DNA of 10,459 nucleotides from Planctomycetota bacterium (GTDB lineage: Bacteria > Planctomycetota > UBA11346): NCBI GenBank assembly GCA_038213805.1, contig JBBQSO010000131.1, positions 1-10,459 on the forward strand, in the 5' to 3' direction. The notes under the pieces were generated by a model. That model saw nothing but the letters and a program-made list of their open reading frames with translations, was not told where the DNA came from and did no database searches. Shown in pieces: positions 1 to 5,294 of the stretch. The position numbers and the translations under genes were made by a program. Within the stretch, counting starts at the first letter, position 1; the number at the start of each line of letters is the position of its first letter.

Positions 1-80
1 TCTCGGAAGTGTCGGCGGACCAACTTCGCCTTGTCGGCGGCGGTCCAGTGACGGCGGGGCTTGGAGTCGGGGGTAGGCAT
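1..80 (-). CDS. Transposase N-terminus (IS3 OrfA / HTH_Tnp_1-like), partial
   Basis: ATG at 80 gives MPTPDSKPRRHWTAADKAKLVRRHFR..., matching the 'RR.[FWY][TS]...K..[IL]V' start typical of IS3-family OrfA HTH proteins. SD GAGGA lies 7 nt upstream. Runs off the window, so it is absent from the ORF track. Confidence 0.7.
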   Translation of the reverse strand, partial: MPTPDSKPRRHWTAADKAKLVRRHFR

Positions 81-139
81 GGTCGGATCCTCGTGAGATA
101 TACTCACAGTTAAAGTCCGAATTCAGCTTAGGCGGCACA
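1..139 (-). mobile_element. Left end of an insertion sequence (IS3 family most likely; IS481-like not excluded), rest lies outside the window
   Basis: Minus strand reads 5'-TGTGCCGCCTAAGCTGAATTCGGACTTTAACTGTGAGTATATCTCACGAGGATCCGACC-ATG from 139. It starts with TG(T), as IS3/IS481 termini do, is locally AT-richer than the flanks, and leads through a GAGGA SD into a transposase-like N-terminus. The partner IR and target duplication are not visible, so the exact end is inferred. Confidence 0.65.
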
Positions 140-176
140 GGCGTCTGGCAGATCGGGCCACTTCAACGGATCGCTG

Positions 177-197
177 ACTCCGCACTCCAAACTCCAC
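177..197. repeat. Degenerate heptamer tandem ACTCCGC-ACTCCAA-ACTCCAC (reverse complement of the GAGTGCG unit)
   Basis: Read directly; same unit family as the right arm of the palindrome at 6438-6509. Confidence 0.7.
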
Positions 198-264
198 ACC
201 TCTCCCGGGCTCTCCCGGCCCACCGCCATGGACTTTCCACCCCGTTGCCCTCCAATCCCCCCCC

Positions 265-1410
265 ATGACCGACCCCGCCTTCACCTGGATCGCGGACGCC
301 ACCGGACTGCCCGCCCTGGCCGCGGCGCTCGCCGCGGCGCCGTGGGTGGCGCTCGATAGCGAAGCCAACTCGATGTTCGTCTACCGCGAACAGGTGTGCC
401 TGCTCCAGATCAACGCCGGTGGCGCGCTGTTCGTGGTCGACACCCTGGCGCTGCTGCGCGCCGGCGCCGAGGCCGGGCAGCCCGGTGCAGCGGTGCTCGC
501 CGCGCTCAAGCCCGAGCTCGAACGCAGCAACCGCCCGCTCTACGTGCATGGCGGCGAATACGACGTCGGCTGCCTGAAGCGCGACTTCGGCATCGCCCTG
601 GGCGGGGTGTGGGACAGCCAGCAGGCGGCGAGCTTCCTTGGCTGGGAGCGCACCGGCTACGGCGCGGTGGTCGAGAAGGTCTGCGGCGTCGCCCTGGCCA
701 AGGCCTTCACCCAGTACGACTGGGCGACCCGCCCGCTCGACCCGGGCGCGCTGCGTTACGCCATCGATGACGTGGTCTACCTGCCACGCGTCTGCGACGA
801 ACTGCGCGCCGCGATCACGGCGGCCGACCTTGAGGACGAGCTGGCCCTCGCCAACCAGGCGGTGTCCGGCACCGGTTGGAGCGGCGGCTTCGATCCCGCC
901 GGTTTCTGGCGCATCAAGGGCGTGCGCGACCTGAACGCCGGCACGCTGCCGGTGCTCGCCGCGCTCTACACGTGGCGCGATGGCATCGCCCAACAGGCCA
1001 ACCAGCCGCCGGGGCGCATCATCAACAACGAGCTGCTGCTGGCCATCGCGCGCAACGCGCCGACCAACTTCCAGCTGCTCAAGCGCCTCGGCCTGCGCGC
1101 GTGGTTCATGAGCGCGCACGGCGAGGCGATGATGGAGGTCGTCCGCGGCGTCCGTCCCGGCGAGGTGCCGCCGCGCCCGCGCCAGCGCGAGGTGCTGCCG
1201 GTCGAGGAAGAGCGCGAGACCCGCCTCAAGGACTGGCGGCGCAGCGAATCCGAGCGGCGCAAGGCGCCGCTCCAGGCGGTCCTGCCCGCCAAGGCCCTCG
1301 AGCACCTCAAGCAGCACGGCGCCGGCGACCTCGCCGTCGTCCCCCAGCTCGGCGCGCACCGTACCGCACTCTACGGCGCAAAGCTCCGCGAGCTCTGCGC
1401 CGACCGCTGA
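265..1410 (+). CDS. rnd: Ribonuclease D (DEDDy 3'-5' exonuclease plus HRDC domains), 381 aa
   Basis: ExoI ALDSE, VCLLQI, ExoII HGGEYDV, WDSQ, DWATRPL, ExoIII YAIDDV; HRDC-like LYTWRDGIAQQANQPPGRII and a second HRDC-like LKDWRRSESERRKAPLQAVL; strong GC3 bias in this frame. Confidence 0.9.
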   Translation: MTDPAFTWIADATGLPALAAALAAAPWVALDSEANSMFVYREQVCLLQINAGGALFVVDTLALLRAGAEAGQPGAAVLAALKPELERSNRPLYVHGGEYDVGCLKRDFGIALGGVWDSQQAASFLGWERTGYGAVVEKVCGVALAKAFTQYDWATRPLDPGALRYAIDDVVYLPRVCDELRAAITAADLEDELALANQAVSGTGWSGGFDPAGFWRIKGVRDLNAGTLPVLAALYTWRDGIAQQANQPPGRIINNELLLAIARNAPTNFQLLKRLGLRAWFMSAHGEAMMEVVRGVRPGEVPPRPRQREVLPVEEERETRLKDWRRSESERRKAPLQAVLPAKALEHLKQHGAGDLAVVPQLGAHRTALYGAKLRELCADR

Positions 1411-1428
1411 ACAGGTGCCTCTGCCCAG

Positions 1429-1619
1429 AGGATGGAACCGCCAAGACGCCAGGTCCGAAGAAAGTGCCCAGACGACTGCCCAGACACTGAGGCCAGGGTG
1501 ATCTGAATCGCGGATGTGCGCTTTGTGCTCGCCCACTTCCCAGTTTGATGCCCAGCGGCAAGCGCACCACGCCCACATCGCCCATTTCTTTAGCCTTGGC
1601 GTCTTGGCGGTTCTATCCT
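1429..1619. repeat. Long inverted-repeat element (35-nt arms, 121-nt spacer) between convergent rnd and kinase genes
   Basis: Left arm 1429-1463 AGGATGGAACCGCCAAGACGCCAGGTCCGAAGAAA versus right arm 1585-1619: 30/35 complementary, with a perfect 17-bp core (1435-1451 / 1597-1613). Arms have 8-nt periodicity (CGCCAAGA). Confidence 0.85.
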
Positions 1620-1634
1620 GCGCGATCCCGGCGC

Positions 1635-2504
1635 TCAGTCCTTGCGCTGGTAGGCCGCCGTGCTGATACGCGCCATCGCCTCAAGCTCGCGGATGCCGAC
1701 CGCGAACTGGCGCGCGTCGAGCGGGCGGGCCGCGGGATCCTTGCTCAGCGCTGCGTCGATGGCGACGGCGGCGCGCGACGGCAGCTCATGCAGGCGGCTG
1801 CGGATCGCTGGAGGGGTACCCTTGAGATTGGCACGCACCCGGCCGCTGGAACGCGTGGCCGGAAAGGGCGGCTCGCCGGTGAGGATGATGAAAGCGCACA
1901 CGCCCAGCGCGTAGACGTCGCTGGCGAAGGTCGGCGCGCCGCCGCGCACCAGCTCGGGCGCGACGTAGGTCGGGGTCGCGAAAAGCTGTTTGCGACCACC
2001 GAACAGGCGCGCGAACAGGCTGCGCGCGACGACTTCATGGGCGTTGCCGAAATCGACCAGGCCGACCTTGCCGTTCGGCTTGAGGATGGCGTTCTCGAGC
2101 TTGATGTCGGCGTGCAGGATGCGCTGCTGGTGCAGCTGGGCGACGATCCCGACCAGATCGGCGAACACCGCTGGCCGGCCGAGGGGACGTTCGCCCTGGC
2201 AGAGCTGGTGCAACGGCTGGCCGGCGACGTAGTCCATGATGAAGCACGGGCGGCCCTTGATGTCGCCCTGGCGGCGCGCCACCGGCACGCCGGGATTGCG
2301 GATGCGCTGCAGCATGGTGAATTCCGCCTGGAACGCGGCGAGGTGGCCGCGGTCGCCCAGGCGCTCGGGGCGCATGACCTTGACCGCGACGATGCTGCGA
2401 TCGTCGGCGTGCTCGGCACGATAGACTTCTGCGACGCCGCCCCCGCTGATCAGGTCGCGGACGATGAACGGTCCGATCGAGGCATTGATGAGCGGGTCAG
2501 CCAT
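1635..2504 (-). CDS. Hanks-type Ser/Thr protein kinase, stand-alone soluble kinase domain, about 289 aa
   Basis: Gly loop ISGGGVAEVY, VAVK, alphaC Glu (FQAEF), IMDYVAG, catalytic loop LHADIKLEN, DFG, TPTYVAPE, SDVYALG, LTGEPPF, ALSKDPAARP. ATG at 2504 preferred over the TTG start at 2513. Confidence 0.93.
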   Translation of the reverse strand: MADPLINASIGPFIVRDLISGGGVAEVYRAEHADDRSIVAVKVMRPERLGDRGHLAAFQAEFTMLQRIRNPGVPVARRQGDIKGRPCFIMDYVAGQPLHQLCQGERPLGRPAVFADLVGIVAQLHQQRILHADIKLENAILKPNGKVGLVDFGNAHEVVARSLFARLFGGRKQLFATPTYVAPELVRGGAPTFASDVYALGVCAFIILTGEPPFPATRSSGRVRANLKGTPPAIRSRLHELPSRAAVAIDAALSKDPAARPLDARQFAVGIRELEAMARISTAAYQRKD

Positions 2505-2512
2505 GGATCCCA

Positions 2513-2518
2513 AATGTA
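2513..2518 (-). promoter_or_regulatory. Candidate -10 hexamer TACATT, 8 nt upstream of the kinase ATG
   Basis: TAnnnT match in a GC-rich background; no convincing -35 seen. Confidence 0.4.
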
Positions 2519-2869
2519 CAGGGGGCCGCGCAGCAGAAGCGGAAGTGCCATCGCATGCGCAACAAGGTGTACATTACGAATCGCTCTTGCTCATGCCAGC
2601 GGCAGCTGGGACAAGCCTGACGCGCGGGCTGGTGGCGATGACGCGGAAGTCACCGGCCCCACGCATTGGCCCGCGAGCTGGTGGAAAAATCGTTTTCACC
2701 CGCGTTAGGCCGCACTGCGCCGCATCTTCCATCGGCCACTCGCCGTACCCTGCCGCCGGTGGTGCGCCGCGGCCCGCGGTCTGGGCGCCTTGCATTCGTG
2801 AGCCGGACCTGTGCACCCCTGTTGCGGAAACCGACACTCCGTCGACGGTTGACATTTCATAATGTTGTT

Positions 2870-4135
2870 TTATCGGGCGCCGGTCTGGTGCCCCGGCAGC
2901 ACACGTCCGCTCGCCACCTCCCAGGCCAGGAGCAGGGCGTGCGCCGCGGCGCGGCGCTGGACGCGCTCGCGCGAGCCGCCGACCTGGACCAGGCGGGTGG
3001 CGGTGCCGCGCGCCGTGGCCACCGCCAAGGCGACGGTGCCGACCGGCACAGCGGTGCTGCCGCCATCCGGCCCGGCCACGCCGGTGGTGGCGACGGCGAG
3101 GTCCGCGCCGCTCGCGCGGCGCGCCCCTTCCGCCATCGCTGCCGCCACCGCGACGCTGACTACGCCGTGCCGGGCGATCAGCAGCGGAGCGACGCCGAGC
3201 CGCGCGGTCTTCACCGCGACATGGTAGGCGACCTGGCTTTCGCGCAGCACCGCCGAGACGCCCGGCACGGCGCCGAGCTGCGCGGCGACGTGGCCGCAGG
3301 TGCAGGATTCCGCGGCGGTGATCGTCCACCTGCGCCGCGCCAGCAGGGTGACCAGACTTGGCGCCAGGCCGGGCTCGGGCAGCAGGTAGGCGCGTACTGC
3401 CCGGCGCAGCGCGGCGATGCGCGCACGCACCTGCGCAGGCCGGCCGACCACGCGGAAGGTCGCGTGACCAAGTTCGTTCACGGTGATGCCGACCTGCGGG
3501 TCGCGCTCGCTCAGCAGGTCGCCGATCAGCTCCTGGGCCGCGGACTCGCCGATGCCGGCGATCCACAGTTCGCGCAGGGCCGGCGGCCGGCCCAGGCCAA
3601 GCAGCCGCGGCAGGCGCTCGGCCAGGCGGGCGACCATCGCCTGCATTTCGTGCGGCACCCCGGGCACGCAGGCGACGTGGACGCCACCGACCCGCGCCAG
3701 CAGGCCCGGTGCGGTGCCGCGGTCGTTGGCAAGTAGGCGGCTGCCGGCTGGGCGCAGCGCTTGGCGACGGTTGGCGGCCGGCACGCGCACGATGCGCAGG
3801 CGCCGGTAGGCCGCCTGCACCTGGCGCCAGGCCACGGGATCCGCGACCAGGGCCACGCCCATGACCTCGGCCAGCGCATGGCGGGTACGGTCGTCGTCGG
3901 TCGGGCCCAGCCCACCGCTGACCACCACCAGTGCGCTGCCGGCCACGGCCGCGCGCAAGGCCGCGACCACCGCGGCGTGCGCATCGCCGACCACCTGGAT
4001 GCGCGCCACCGCGAAGCCGAGATCGGTGAGCACCCGGCTGATGTGCGCCGAGTTGGTATCGACAGTGCGGCCGAGCAGCAGCTCGTCGCCGACGGCGAGG
4101 ATGTGGGCGACGGGCGGGGTGGTGGGGAGGGGCAT
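2870..4135 (-). CDS. cinA: CinA-family protein (N-terminal MoCF-like domain plus C-terminal PncC NMN deamidase domain), about 421 aa
   Basis: ILAVGDELLLGRTVDTNS, VVGD, SGGLGPTDDDRTR, NRRQA, NDRGTAPG, PGVPHEM, GIGES; C-terminal TAAESCTCG, HGVVS..AAAMAEGA, ATTGVAGPDGG, VPVGTV. Start taken at the ATG at 4135, because the longer ORF extension overlaps the divergent gene. Confidence 0.93.
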   Translation of the reverse strand: MPLPTTPPVAHILAVGDELLLGRTVDTNSAHISRVLTDLGFAVARIQVVGDAHAAVVAALRAAVAGSALVVVSGGLGPTDDDRTRHALAEVMGVALVADPVAWRQVQAAYRRLRIVRVPAANRRQALRPAGSRLLANDRGTAPGLLARVGGVHVACVPGVPHEMQAMVARLAERLPRLLGLGRPPALRELWIAGIGESAAQELIGDLLSERDPQVGITVNELGHATFRVVGRPAQVRARIAALRRAVRAYLLPEPGLAPSLVTLLARRRWTITAAESCTCGHVAAQLGAVPGVSAVLRESQVAYHVAVKTARLGVAPLLIARHGVVSVAVAAAMAEGARRASGADLAVATTGVAGPDGGSTAVPVGTVALAVATARGTATRLVQVGGSRERVQRRAAAHALLLAWEVASGRVLPGHQTGAR

Positions 4136-4144
4136 GGTGCGGGC

Positions 4145-4150
4145 AGCGTA
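4145..4150 (-). promoter_or_regulatory. Candidate -10 hexamer TACGCT, 9 nt upstream of the cinA ATG
   Basis: TAnnnT match, with no SD between it and the ATG. Confidence 0.35.
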
Positions 4151-4226
4151 GGGCCCGCGCGCCAGCGCGCAGCCCCTCGCGGGGGGGCGGCTGGCTTTGC
4201 CCCGCTGCGCCGCATCATGGCCAGCC

Positions 4227-5294
4227 ATGTTCGATGTCCTGCTGCTACCGGTGCTGGTCGCCTGCGTCGTCAGCTTCGCCGCCACCCGACTGTGCATCGC
4301 CCTGGCGGTGCGCCTACGCTTCCTCGATCGCCCGGGCACCGAAGCCCACAAGCTGCAGGCACGCGCCATCCCCTATGGCGGCGGTGCCGGCATGGCCGTG
4401 GCCCTGGCGGCCGGGCTCGCCGCCGCGGCCTGGCTGCCGGCCCTGGGTGCAGGCCCCAACCACCTCGTGAGCGATGCCGCCGTGGTCGACCATGGCAGCC
4501 TGCTGCCGGTCTGCCTGGGCGCCCTGGCGCTGTTCGTGGTCGGCCTGATCGACGACCTGCGCCCGCTACCGCCGCGCGTCAAGCTCGCCGCCCAGGCGCT
4601 GGCCGCGGCCGTAGTGGTGCCGCTCGCCGATCTCGGCATCGATACGTTTCAGCACCAACCGGTACTGTACTACGGCGTGGCCTGGGCCTGGCTGGTGCTC
4701 GTCTCCAACGCCTACAACCTGCTCGACCATGCTGACGGGCTATGCGGGTCCGTCGCCACCGTCAGCCTGCTCGCGATCTTCAGTGGCGCGTTGCTGTCGG
4801 GTGACGTCGAGCTGGCGCGCCTGGTCCTGGTGATGGTCGGGGCGATCGCCGGCTTCCTGGTCTGGAATCTGCCGCCGGCGCGTGTCTACATGGGCGACGC
4901 CGGCTCGCTGCCGCTCGGCTTCCTGGTCGGCTGCGGCACGCTCTCGGTGACCTTCTGGCCGAGCGGCGAGAGCGGCAGCCAGCTCGCCGTGCTCACCCCC
5001 CTGCTGCTCACCGCCCTGCCGCTGTTCGACACCGCCACGGTGGTGATCAAGCGTCTGCGCCGCCGCGTACCGATCATGAAGGGCGACCGCAACCACATCA
5101 GCCACCGCCTTGGCCGTCTCGGTCTGACCCCACGCCGCTCGCTGCTCACCGTAGTGGCCCTGCAGCTTGCGCTCGCCGCTGGCGCCCTGCAGCTGCGCAC
5201 CGACGACCTGCTCAGCGGCGTGGTGGTGCTCGCGCAGTCGGCGGCGATCTTCGTGGCGGTGGTGTTCCTTGAGACCACGCGCGATCATGAGTGA
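4227..5294 (+). CDS. Polyprenyl-phosphate N-acetylhexosamine-1-phosphate transferase (WecA/TagO/MraY, Glycos_transf_4 family), about 355 aa
   Basis: LDRPG..HK, IPYGGG, GLIDD, NAYNLLDHADGL, GFLVWNLPPARVYMGDAGSLPLG, LPLFDT, GDRNHISHRL; many hydrophobic segments. More WecA-like than MraY-like. Confidence 0.9.
   Translation: MFDVLLLPVLVACVVSFAATRLCIALAVRLRFLDRPGTEAHKLQARAIPYGGGAGMAVALAAGLAAAAWLPALGAGPNHLVSDAAVVDHGSLLPVCLGALALFVVGLIDDLRPLPPRVKLAAQALAAAVVVPLADLGIDTFQHQPVLYYGVAWAWLVLVSNAYNLLDHADGLCGSVATVSLLAIFSGALLSGDVELARLVLVMVGAIAGFLVWNLPPARVYMGDAGSLPLGFLVGCGTLSVTFWPSGESGSQLAVLTPLLLTALPLFDTATVVIKRLRRRVPIMKGDRNHISHRLGRLGLTPRRSLLTVVALQLALAAGALQLRTDDLLSGVVVLAQSAAIFVAVVFLETTRDHE

Noticed and set aside
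1432..1506. Small ORF MEPPRRQVRRKCPDDCPDTEARVI with a CxxxC motif
   Set aside because: Starts inside the repeat arm, has no properly spaced SD, and has atypical codon usage.
163..1578. 471-aa minus-strand ORF
   Set aside because: Antisense shadow of rnd; no motifs, and long shadow ORFs are expected at this GC content.
2532..2551. Sigma-54-like TGGCAC on the minus strand upstream of the kinase
   Set aside because: No TTGC at the required -12 position.
1545..2708. 387-aa plus-strand ORF
   Set aside because: Antisense shadow of the kinase gene that runs through repeat and intergenic DNA.
4161..4198. GC-rich hairpin followed by TTT between cinA and the wecA-like gene
   Set aside because: Lies between divergent starts with no upstream gene to terminate; imperfect stems like this arise easily at high GC.
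2574..4735. Several 300+ aa Arg/Pro/Ala-rich ORFs overlapping cinA and the wecA-like gene
   Set aside because: Alternative frames of well-supported genes, with composition typical of GC-rich off-frame translation.
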